A DNA stretch of 64,000 bases from Eledone cirrhosa (Eukaryota): positions 31,558,001 to 31,622,000 of the forward strand of contig OZ024760.1 of assembly GCA_964016885.1 (NCBI GenBank), read 5' to 3'. Below, piece after piece: positions 52,526 through 64,000 of the stretch; positions within the stretch are counted from its first letter, which is position 1, and every line of letters starts with the position of its first letter. The notes under the pieces were generated by a model. It was not told where the DNA came from. It was given only the letters and a program-made list of their open reading frames with translations, and ran no database searches. Position numbers and translations under genes: made by a program.

Positions 52526-53852
52526 TATATATATATATACACACACACATGTATATCTCTCTCTACATATATATACATACATATAATTATATTTTTATCG
52601 AATTTTATTACAACACACGTCGTCTCTCATGGAACCAAACCAACCCACTTAGGGAAAGATTGTTGGAGTGTTTTGTGTGGTTATGTAAATCTATTATTGT
52701 GTAGTATTAGTCTTCATTATAAAGTGTTGTGGTATTAGTCTTCATTATAAATCCTTCCATCTTGTCAGACGCTACAATTAACCATTTACAAGCAGAGCTA
52801 TTCACTTCTAGTTTCGTACTTGTCGCAGACGAGAAGAATTGAAATTCTTCCTTTCAAATATATATAAAAAGAATTGACTTTCACTTAGGGAAGGAATTAT
52901 ATTGAATCCACCATTCCTTTATAAATTCTAAGGGTTTGTCGTTCGTCTCCCCCTCTCTTTCTATCTCTATCTTTTCTCTTCTCTCTCGCTCACACACACA
53001 CACATTCTCACTATCTCACACACATACACACACTCTCACTCTCGCACACACGCTCACGCTCACGCATACACACAATTATTGACAATTTATTTAGACACTG
53101 AACATCAGAAAGAAAACCTTTAAAAAGATTTTCTGAGATGAAATACGAAGTTATAAGGAGATTAGCTTTGTATGTCGTATTTTCCTTGTTCAGGTTTCCA
53201 TGGTGAAAGCTTTTCTAAACAGGTATATTATAATTAATAATGGTTATTATTAATAGAATTAATTAATAATAGTAATCGCTAATAATAGCCATGATTATGA
53301 CAGGATTTTTTATGATAATAATAATTTTATAGATTAAACGAATGCGACTGTTTGTGTGTGTGAACGTGACACAATGTTGACAGATGTGTTTGTATACTAA
53401 TATTTAGTAAACAAATGTATGTGCGCGGGTGTTTCATAAATATCGTCCATTAAAAAAGCTCGCTGGTCAGGTGAATTAATTACTTCCTAGTGAGTGGAGT
53501 GCTGCGACTCAGATGAGTTAAGTGTAATCCAGCTTACAGTGTAGTCTCAGTTCTCATTCGGTAAAGGTGGAGATCATTGCATCCGTAACTAAATGGGGTG
53601 TGCGAGCCTGGTCTTGAATACTGCCACCCTACTCCTACCCTAATATGTTGTCCTCTCCTCATGGGTGGTCCCCAGTTGACAGGAGAAGACATTATGCATG
53701 CATCTGCCCCCCCCCCCCCCTGTTTAGCTTAGACCAACCATCCCTCTACATTGCTCCAACTACCGGCCTTGTCAACCAGCCGCCACCTACTTTGTTTTTA
53801 CCACTCGTTAACTACAATCTTTTGAACTGGGGGAGGTTTTTCACGGCTTCGT

Positions 53853-54235
53853 CAGTGGCATTGACACCTTCTCCAACACTGGTGGCTGGACAGTGCCCTT
53901 GACTCCTCCAACACCGGTGGCTGTACAGTGCCCTTGACTCCTTCTCCAACACCGGTGACTGGTCAGTGGCCTTGACACCTTCTTAAACACCCCAACACTG
54001 GTGGCTGGACAATACCCTTGATCTCTTCTCTAGTGGTGATGGCTGGACAGTGCCCTTGACTCCTCCAACACCGGTGGCTGTACAGTGCCCTTGACTCCTT
54101 CTCCAACACCGGTGACTGGTCAGTGGCCTTGACACCTTCTTAAACACCCCAACACTGGTGGCTGGACAATACCCTTGACCCCTTCTCAAGAGGTGGTGGT
54201 TGAACAGTGCCCTTGACCCCTTCTCAAGTGGTGGT
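53853..54235. repeat. Degenerate 33-36-bp minisatellite with a 157-bp higher-order duplication
   Basis: CCAACACCGGTGGCTGTACAGTGCCCTTGACTCC units; blocks start at 53884 and 54041. Confidence 0.85.
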
Positions 54236-54721
54236 GTTGGTGGTGGTCTTAAAGCCAGGTAACAGTTTGACTACCACTCAAGGACCCGAGAGAGTTGACA
54301 TGTTGTGGTGGAGCATCTACACAATAAACATGCACCAGATACACTCTGTAAAGTGGTTGTTGTTAGGGAAAATATCTAGCCATAGAATACCTGACAAACA
54401 AATAGTCGGGAGGACCCTTTAGTTGTGTTAAAGGCATAACAGCCTCCCTGGTGTCTGTGAGCTACACTATAAACACACCCAGTACACTCTGTAAAGTGGT
54501 TGGGGTTAGGAAGGGCATCCAGCTGTAGAAAGCTTGCTAAACAAAGGATCTGGAGGACTCTTCAGTTGTTAAGAGTTAAGTAGATTTGGTTGATATGTCT
54601 AGCAGGTGGAGTGACTTCATAGAGACTCTTTCATAAGTTTTATCTTGTTGAGTGTGAAAACTTTCTCTTGTGGCTCTTCTCATGTCTTTGGTGAGAAAGG
54701 AGACATAATTATCTCGCAAGC

Positions 54722-55705
54722 TACCACCATCGCCATCATCATCACCACAACTATCTGTACTTTCAACCACCACTACCACACCACTACCACCACCACTACC
54801 ACCACCACCACCACAACAATACCACCACCAACACCACCAATACCACACCACGACCACCACTAATACCACACCACGACCACCACTAACACTACTACCACCA
54901 CCACCACTACCGCCACTACCGCCACCACCACCACTACCAATACCACCACCACCACCACACCACTACCACCAATACCACACCACGACCACCACTACCACTA
55001 CTACCACCACCACCAATACCATCACCACCAGCAATACCAATACCACCACCACCACACCACTACCACCAATACCACACCACGACCACCACTACCACCACCA
55101 CCACCAATACCATCACCACCAGCAATACCACCACCACCACCACCACCAATACCACACCACCACCACTACTACCACCACTACCACCACAACTACACCACCA
55201 CCAATACCACACCTCCACTACCACCACAACTACACCACCACCAATACCACACCACCACCACTACTGCTACCAATACCACACCACGACTACCACTATTACC
55301 ACCACCACCACCACCACTACTGCCACCACCAACACCACTACTACAAAATCCACTTCAAAAATCTAAAATTCTTTTATTCTGACTTAAGTGAAAAACTCAA
55401 AGTGATTTTCTACTTAACAAAACTGGTATTGGTAGTAGTGGTAGTGGTGGTGGTGGTGGTACTGGTGGTGGAGGTGATGTTGGTGGTGAAGGTGATGTTG
55501 GTGGTGGTGTGGTAGTGTTGGTGGTGGAGGTGGTGGTAGTGGGACTGGTGTTGGTGTGGTGGTGGTGGTGGTAGTGGTGCTGGTAGTAGTAGTGGTGGTG
55601 GTAGGTGTGGTGGTGGAGGTGGCGTTGGTGTGGTGGAGGTAGTGTTGGTAGTGGTGGTGCGGGAGGGGGGGGGTAGTGGTGGTAAGTGGTGGAGGTAGTG
55701 GTTAC
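54722..55705. repeat. (CCA)n tract and complementary (TGG)n tract separated by about 80 bp
   Basis: 54722-55345 versus 55425-55705. Confidence 0.9.
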
Positions 55706-56053
55706 TAGTGGATCTCTGCTTTAATTAGTTATTGATTAACGACTTAGGGTGATGGACTAAAGTAGAGGACATCAATGGCAGGAGACTGGTGGGGGACAGA
55801 GGGGTGGGCAAGGGAGTACTGGGAGAGAGGGTGGGGTGGTAGAGATGGACTGGGGAAGGAGTTGTGCAGGAGAATACTGGGGGTGGCAGAAATGGACAGG
55901 GCAGGAGGCAGGTATATATCTGTGTGTGTGTATATATCTGTGTGTGTGTATATATATATATATACTGTGTACACACACTATAAGCCTCTTTACTTGTCCA
56001 ACTGAATGAAGTTGGCACCACTATAAAGGATATATATATATATACAGACACAC

Positions 56054-56105
<52 letters not shown>

Positions 56106-56114
<9 letters not shown>

Positions 56115-56786
56115 CACGTACATACACATGTATACAGACGTACAGTAGCATGTATATATATATATATATACATACATATACATACAGGCACACATATATA
56201 TATGCACGTATCAGTTTACCGAACATTTATTATAATGTTCGCTTTGTTCGTTTGTAAACAAACGAACAGCCTGATTTACGCCATACATACTTACATTTAA
56301 GTAAGTGCCGTACTAAGAGTGAGAAATGAAATTTCGTTTCATTCTATTCCATTTATCGTTTTCGGTGCGCCTGGCCGACTGAACTCGCTCGATATGCAAA
56401 TTAGGCTGCTCAGCCGTTAATTTTCATAAGGAAAGTATATACTTTCGAACGTTCAACCATCTGGCAGAAAGGTATACGGTGCTGACGATAGCTAACAAGC
56501 TTGAAACTAGTACATCGTTCCTGTGTCAGTGTTGAACAAAAAGGTGACGTGGTTGCCTGAACACTGTACGGCGTAAATCAGGCTGTTCGTTTGTTTACAA
56601 ACGAACAAAGCGAACATTATAATAAATGTTCGGTAAACTGATACGTGCATATATATATATGTGTGTGCCTGTATGTATATATATATACATGCTACTGTAC
56701 GTCTGTATACATATGTGTATGTATGTATACATACATACTTACATTTAAGTAAGAGTGAGAAATGAAATTTCGTTTCATTCTATTCT
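56106..56786 (+). mobile_element. Non-coding retrozyme-like element: about 448-nt unit with terminal direct repeat, one HHR and an inverted 5' segment
   Basis: Direct repeat 56282-56349 / 56730-56785; 56106-56282 is the reverse complement of about 56570-56735; no meaningful ORF. Confidence 0.75.
56476..56518 (+). ncRNA. Minimal type I hammerhead ribozyme
   Basis: ACGGTG-CTGACGA-T-AGCT-AACA-AGCT-T-GAAAC-TA-GTA-CATCGT; differs from 22776-22818 only at N7. Confidence 0.84.
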
Positions 56787-57064
56787 ATAGATATATGTAT
56801 ATATATCTACATCCACAATACGTATAAACACCATACACACACGTGCGTACCACCACATATTTACACACTCAGCCTCCGGAATACCCCCCCCCGCTCGGAC
56901 ACCCCGCCTCCCTCTCCCCACTCCACCTGCCACCACCCCTACCCTTCCACCACTTGTTTAACTTCATGTTTATTTTTATTTTATTATGCTTTTATATTTT
57001 TCTAAATGTCTCTCCCCCACTCCCCTACTCCCCTACACACCCTTGGAACTTTCTTCCCACACTT

Positions 57065-57100
57065 TTCGTCTGAAGAAGGGTTTATGCCCGAAACGTCGTT
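57065..57100 (+). ncRNA. PLE-type minimal hammerhead core within a terminus fragment (about 56810-57177)
   Basis: CTGAAGA-A-GGG-TTTATG-CCC-GAAAC-GTC; stem I pairs poorly; AATAAA downstream. Confidence 0.55.
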
Positions 57101-57377
57101 CCCCACCACACCACTCTCAAGAGCGTGAAACTAATAAACCTTTGTTCGTACTGCCTCCTCTGTTCAATTTTTCACTATATATATATATATATACATACAG
57201 AAACACAGATATAGATATATATATATATATACATACAAACGCACAGATATATATATATACATACAGACACATATATATATATATATATAGTAATAATAAT
57301 AAATTTGAAGACTAAAATCCAAAGAGGGCTCGATAAGGATAAATATATATCAAATATATAAGAACCGTAGAGCAAAT

Positions 57378-58176
57378 ATTTATTAAAATAACATTAAAGT
57401 TTAAGCAAAGAATCACTGCTTTCACCCTTAGGGTGTGTGTATATGTGTACTTAGTGTTTTGGTTGACGTACGTCTCCGAACATATGTGTATTTACATGTA
57501 GGTATGTGTGTGCACTTGTTATATACGTATTTATTTATTTATATACGTTTATTTAATTATTTGCATACACGCGCGCGCGCACACATATTTATATGTGCGT
57601 GTATTTGTATACTATGGCGAGTTTTTCGCGTATGCTTGTGTATGTACGTATATGGATGCGTGTATGTATTTATTTAATTTCAATTACCTCTGTATTTTAT
57701 TTACTTTATTCTTAACTCTGAAGCCGAGAATCATTCGGTTTCCTAAATAGAATTTTAGTCTATGACTTCAGTTATACCATTTACGTGGTTTTGTCTTTGC
57801 GTGCAATTGTTCTCTCCGCTCCACATATGACGTATTATCTTCGTTTTTTCCGTTCATTGCCAGAGAACGCCTCTATGAACCACCTAATAGAATATTAGTC
57901 TACGACTTCTTTTATACTATAAACGTGGTTTTGTCTTTGCGTGTAATTGTTTTTCACCGCTCCAAATAATGACGTATTATATTCGTCTTTTCCCGTTCTT
58001 TGCCAGGGAACGTTTCCACGAACCAAAGTATCGTCTTCCTGTCTTCCTCCGGTTGCAACGTTTTTTGAAATATTCACTTCTGCGTTCACAGATTGACTTT
58101 GTTAGTTTCAGAAGATCCTGTTAAGGGTGAAAGCAGCGATTCTTTGCTTAAACTTTAATCTGTTATTTTAATAAAT
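57378..58176 (+). mobile_element. 3' UTR copy of the Hydra-like PLE at 24399-25835, with an inverted 5' segment and an HHR-like motif at 58104-58154
   Basis: 57430-58176 aligns to 25078-25835; 57378-57430 is an inverted copy of 58122-58176. Confidence 0.85.
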
Positions 58177-58271
58177 ATATATATATATACATATACATAC
58201 AGACGCACACAGATATATATATATACACAATGATATTTAATAAATGGAAACTATATTTATAAAACCATATT

Positions 58272-58332
58272 TATTCTATTATATATATTTCAAGGGTACC
58301 AAAACTTTGGTTCACTTTCATCAGATAAAATA
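58272..58332 (-). ncRNA. Minimal type I hammerhead, relative of 47636-47700
   Basis: Minus strand: TATTTTAT-CTGATGA-AAGTGAACCAAA..TTTGGTACCCTT-GAAA-TATATA-TA-ATAGAATA. Confidence 0.75.
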
Positions 58333-58452
58333 CAAAATTTGGCATAACCAAGAAAAGATACCTTAACGGTTCAAGTTTTTCTTGGATAGTCAAATTAATT
58401 GAATTACCAACAAATTGAATATCCCTTTTGCTTATATATATATATATATACA

Positions 58453-59150
58453 CATCTCTAAAATTGTCAAGAAAGCCGAGGGTGTCTTGGCATCACTCAG
58501 CAAGACCTTTGTTAGCCGCTCTCCAGCCATCTATTTATAGCTGTATACAGCTATGGTACGACCACACTTGGAATTCGCATCATCAGTCTGGAACCCCTAT
58601 CTTGCTCAGAATATTGACCTCCTGGAAACTGTTCAGAGACGTTCAACCAAGCGCATACCCTCCATCAGACACCTACCATACTCTGAACGCCTTGCTTCCT
58701 TGGGCATGGATTCATTGAAGCTCCGACGTCTGGCAATGGTCTTGGTAAACACCCACAGAGTTATTAACCATCTCGCCAACAACAACCCTGAGCACCTTTT
58801 TGATCTCCATGTGTCTAACACACATGGACATGCCTACAAAATCAGAAAACAGCACAGCTCCCATGACTTTTGGAAACATTTTTTCACGCTTAGAGTTGCT
58901 GAAGCATGGAACAAACTCCCTGTATCAGTTGTTAGCTGCCGAGACACTGCATCCTTTAAGACCCTCATGCTTCCCGAAATTCGCCAACACTACACCTGCT
59001 GTACCCCTTCCATACACATGCACACATGTGTATATCATGACTCATGCACTGTTCATTTTCCTGACGTCTGTACATTACCCTATGTACTATACATACACTT
59101 TTGATGAGTTGAAGTGCACCTGAGCACTGTACACAATATTTTCATTATAT
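58453..59150 (+). mobile_element. CR1-clade LINE 3' fragment
   Basis: VRPHLEFASSVWNP...LETVQRRSTK...YSERL..L...L..RR...THGH..K...FFTLRV..AWNKLP. Confidence 0.9.
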
Positions 59151-59349
59151 TATATATATATATATATCCTTTACAGTGGTGCCAACTTCATCCAGTTGGA
59201 CAAGTAAAGAGGTTTATAGTGTGTGTACACAGTATATATATATATACACATACATACACACAGTATACATACATACAGTGTGTAGGATATAATACCAAAG
59301 TTGCGCACAAATAAACAGAACATATAGGGGAACAAAATCTCTCATTGAC

Positions 59350-59429
<80 letters not shown>

Positions 59430-59894
59430 TACACATACGTATACACACACATGTATATACACACATACATACACATATATACACATACATACATACACAT
59501 ATATATATATATATATACATATACACATATATCTATGTATACATACACATATATATGTATACATATACACTTATATATATGTAAACATACATACATATAC
59601 ACACACCTATATATACACATACATACATTTACATACAATACACACATATGCACACATTCATTCATTCATACAAGCAGGAAAAAGGTACGTAAAATGATGA
59701 TGCTGAAATATACACATAAAGAGAGAGAGGGAGAGAGGGGCGGAGAGGTAGAGAGTGAGAGAGAGGTAGAGGGATAGAGAGAGAGAGGTAGAAAGAGAAA
59801 CAACACTGTTGCTTTCAGGTCTGAATATAGATTTAAGGAAGAGCAAAGTTATATTCTTATTTCATGTTATTCCAGCGCATTGAGCTGTAGAAAT

Positions 59895-60778
59895 GAGTTG
59901 TTTAGCCCTAGGTCAGCTCTCACCCAGCATTCCTATGATGCCAAAATATTCCAACCATGACCATCACATTGATTCTGTTGTTTTGTTGTTTAACCCTAGG
60001 TCAGCTCTCACCCAGCAGACCTATGATGCCAAAATATTCCAACCATGACCATCACATTGATTCTGTTGTTTTGTTGTTTAACCCTAGGTCAGCTCTCACC
60101 CAGCAGACCTATAATGTTAAAATACTCCAACCATGACCATCACATTGATTCTGTTGTTTTGTTGTTTAACCCTAGGTCAGCTCTCACCCAGCAGACCTAT
60201 AATGTTAAAATACTCCAACCATGACCATCACATTGATTCTGTTGTTTTATTGTTTAACCCTAGGTCAGCTCTCACCCAGCAGACCTATAATGTTAAAATA
60301 CTCCAACCATGACCATCACATTGATTCTGTTGTTTTGTTGTTTAACCCTAGGTCAGCTCTCACCCAGCAGACCTATAATGTTAAAATACTCCAACCATGA
60401 CCATCACATTGATTCTGTTGTTTTGTTGTTTAACCCTAGGTCAGCTCTCACCCAGCAGACCTATAATGTTAAAATACTCCAACCATGACCATCACATTGA
60501 TTCTGTTGTTTTGTTGTTTAACCCTAGGTCAGCTCTCACCCAGCAGACCTATAATGTTAAAATACTCCAACCATGACCATCACATTGATTCTGTTGTTTT
60601 GTTGTTTAACCCTAGGTCAGCTCTCACCCAGCAGACCTATGATGTTAAAATACTCCAACCATGACCATCACATTGATTCTGTTGTTTTGTTGTTTAACCC
60701 TAGGTCAGCTCTCACCCAGCAGACCTATGATGTTAAAATACTCCAACCATGACCATCACATTGATTATTGTTGTTATT
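59895..60778. repeat. 88-bp minisatellite, about 10 copies
   Basis: Unit TTGTTTAACCCTAGGTCAGCTCTCACCCAGCAGACCTATAATG...CACATTGATTCTGTTGTTTTG; preceded by a SINE-like AGCTGTAGAAATGAG. Confidence 0.93.
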
Positions 60779-60961
60779 GTTTTTCAGACACAGTCTATCT
60801 TGGATTACAACAATGTGTCCTTATTTATTAAAACGGTAAAGTGTGATTTGGTTGCTATTTCTGGCAAGTCGAGTGGCTGGGTGGAGACTCCCTTGTTTCT
60901 GATACATGACTTATCATATGGGTAGGTGTTATATTTATTGTTGTTGATGTTTGTTTATATG

Positions 60962-61016
<55 letters not shown>

Positions 61017-61017
<1 letters not shown>

Positions 61018-61385
61018 GGTCAGTCTCTCAGCCTGTGGGAGAGGTCAGTCTCTCAGCCTCTCTCAGCCTGTGGGAGAGGTCAGTCCCTTAGCCTATGGGA
61101 GAGGTCAGTCTCCCAGCCTGTGGGAGAGGTCAGTCCCCTAGCCTGTGGGAGAGGTCAGTCTCTCAGCCTGTGGGAGAGGTCAATCTCTCAGCCTGTGGGA
61201 GAGGTCAGTCCCCTAGCCTGTGGGAGAGGTCAGTCCTGGCCTGTGGAAGAGGTCAGTCTCTCAGCCTGTTGGAGAAGTCAGTCCCCTAGCCTGTGATAGA
61301 GGTGTAGTCTCTCAGCGTGTGGAAGAGGTCAGTCCCCTAGCTTGTGGGAGTGGTTAGTCTCTCAGCCTGTGGGAGAAGTCAGTCC
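61017..61385. repeat. About 25-bp minisatellite, array 1
   Basis: GAGGTCAGTCTCTCAGCCTGTGGGA. Confidence 0.93.
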
Positions 61386-61412
61386 ACAGATATATATATA
61401 TATATACATATA

Positions 61413-61474
<62 letters not shown>

Positions 61475-61477
61475 CAG

Positions 61478-61518
<41 letters not shown>

Positions 61519-61619
61519 CAGACACATAGATATAGATATATATATATATATACAGACACATAGATATAGATATATATATATATACAGACACACAGATATA
61601 GATATATATATATATACAG

Positions 61620-61654
<35 letters not shown>

Positions 61655-61825
61655 CACAGACACACAGATATATATATATAGATATATATAGACACACACA
61701 CACATATATACATATACACAGACACACAGATATATATATATATAGAGACACACACACATATATATATATATATAATAACTAGAAATTGATTAACATATAA
61801 TAAACATGAATAATCACAGGAGATA

Positions 61826-61929
61826 ATTTTTACAAGTGTGTAAGCAAACATAGCTAGGTAGGTAACTAAATAAAGTTAACTTTATTTAGTTACCTACCTA
61901 GCTATGTTTGCTTACACACTTGTAAAAAT
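61826..61929. repeat. 104-bp perfect palindrome
   Basis: Centred on GTTAAC (61875-61880), no spacer. Confidence 0.9.
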
Positions 61930-62027
61930 GCTCGGACCTATTCGTTAGAATCTTAGAGCTTATTTTGCGGGTGATATGGCGCATGTCTTTCTGGCATGAC
62001 ACCCATAATTTTGATTATCTTAATTTT

Positions 62028-62077
<50 letters not shown>

Positions 62078-62083
<6 letters not shown>

Positions 62084-62410
62084 GTGAGGTTTTTTTTACA
62101 AAATGAAAAATAACCGAGGTGTCCTACACAAGTGAAAGTATAATGAAAAAGAGATGAAATCGAAAATGCAACTGGAGTCTTATTTTTTTAAAACATATAT
62201 ATATTTATTTGGTTCCTTGACCGGTGAGTTGAGATGGAGGGTCTGTGGTTTTTCTCACAGATGGGAGAAAAACCACAGACCCTCCATCTCAACTCACCTT
62301 TTGAAAAGCAGAAGAACTGCGAAACCGGTAAAGGAACCAAATAAATATATATATGTTTTAAAAAAAAATAAGACTCCAGTTGCATTTTTGATTTCATCTC
62401 TTTTTCTTTA
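62078..62410. mobile_element. Fold-back PLE terminus with a U3-A8 hammerhead
   Basis: Arms about 62145-62225 / 62325-62405, plus an inner hairpin at 62223-62298. Confidence 0.75.
62297..62334 (+). ncRNA. Minimal hammerhead, U3-A8 variant
   Basis: CCTT-TTGAAAA-GCAG-AAGAA-CTGC-GAAAC-CG-GTA-AAGG. Confidence 0.72.
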
Positions 62411-62536
62411 TATATATATATTCCATTTGTGATAACATTTTACACGTTTTTATTGTATGTAAACTTCCCCCTTTGTATTTGTCCCCTTCTTTTGTGCCCC
62501 TGTGGCTAATAAAGAAATACACACACACGCACACGC

Positions 62537-62597
<61 letters not shown>

Positions 62598-62691
62598 GAT
62601 AGATATATATATATATACAGATATATATATATATATACAGATATATATATATATATATATATACAGATATATATATATATATATATCTGGG

Positions 62692-62756
<65 letters not shown>

Positions 62757-62787
62757 GGGTCTGTATATATATATATATATATATATA

Positions 62788-62848
<61 letters not shown>

Positions 62849-62876
62849 GTATATATATATATATATATATATATAC

Positions 62877-62917
<41 letters not shown>

Positions 62918-62920
62918 CCC

Positions 62921-62959
<39 letters not shown>

Positions 62960-62996
62960 GATATAAATATACAGATATATACACATACATACACAC

Positions 62997-63045
<49 letters not shown>

Positions 63046-63070
63046 TATATATATACACATACATACACAC

Positions 63071-63131
<61 letters not shown>

Positions 63132-63138
63132 CACATAG

Positions 63139-63184
<46 letters not shown>

Positions 63185-63189
<5 letters not shown>

Positions 63190-63375
63190 GGGAAAAGTGG
63201 TAAGGAACCAGGTGGACCATAACGCACCAAAGTACTCAATACTTAGGGTAGTAGAGTGGGAAATAGGAGTAAGACCCCGACGGCTGAGCTCAAGCCATTT
63301 CGATGGTACAGAATTCGACAGTACAGAATTAGCCGTCGAAACGGCTTGAGCTCAGCCGTCGGGGTCTTACTTACT

Positions 63376-63379
<4 letters not shown>
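63185..63379. mobile_element. Fold-back element, family H
   Basis: Similar to 47897-48081; inverted arms around about 63318. Confidence 0.72.
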
Positions 63380-63417
<38 letters not shown>

Positions 63418-63659
63418 CACACACACAGGTATATCTACACACAAGTATACACCTACTCATACACATGTAGACATGCACATACACACACACACACATATAA
63501 ACAGGCACACCCATACACACACATAACCTCCTTAGTGTTGGTGGAGTATATGATAGATACACCCAGTACACTCTGTAAAGTGGTTGGAAGTATATCCAAC
63601 TGTTGACATAGGATCAGGTCTCCTCAGTGTTGGTACCTCAATAAGATATATGTGAGGGG

Positions 63660-64000
63660 CAGTCTCCTTGCCTGTGGGAGAGGTCAGTCCCCTAGCCTGT
63701 GGGAGAGGTCAGTCTCTCAGCCTGTGGGAGAGGTCAGTCCCTCAGCCTGTGGGAGAGGTCAGTCCCTTAGCCTGTGGGCGAGGTCAGTCCCTTAGCCTAT
63801 GGGAGAGGTCAGTCTCCCAGCCTGTGGGAGAGGTCAGTCCCCTAGCCTGTGGAAGAGGTCAGTCTCTCAGCCTGTGGGAGAGGTCAGTCTCTCAGCCTGT
63901 GGGAGAGGTCAGTCCCTCAGCCTGTGGGAGAGGTCAGTCCCTTAGCCTGTGGGAGAGGTCAGTCCCTTAGCCTATGGGAGAGGTCAGTCTCCCAGCCTGT
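63660..64000. repeat. About 25-bp minisatellite, array 2 (runs off the window)
   Basis: Same unit as 61017-61385. Confidence 0.93.

Overview
AT-rich eukaryotic (animal) repeat landscape, most consistent with an octopod cephalopod; this is inferred from repeat families, not proven. No host protein-coding gene can be supported. The window is long (TA)n-derived microsatellite arrays packed with nested retroelements: three RTE-clade LINE families whose RT carries an internal PHD-type zinc finger, at least three Penelope-like element (PLE) families with C-terminal GIY-YIG endonuclease, CR1 and CRE-like LINE remnants, CORE- and Meta-type tRNA SINEs, tiny Tc1/mariner MITEs and several minisatellites (some clearly TE-derived). 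The most striking signal is invisible in the ORF track. There are about 16 hammerhead-ribozyme (HHR) motifs from several PLE-terminus families, including U3-A8 compensatory variants and one with a roughly 115-nt stem II. There is also a roughly 448-nt non-coding, circularly permuted retrozyme-like unit, and many fold-back insertions whose inversion points fall inside the hammerhead. Coordinates were read by eye and may be off by a few bases.
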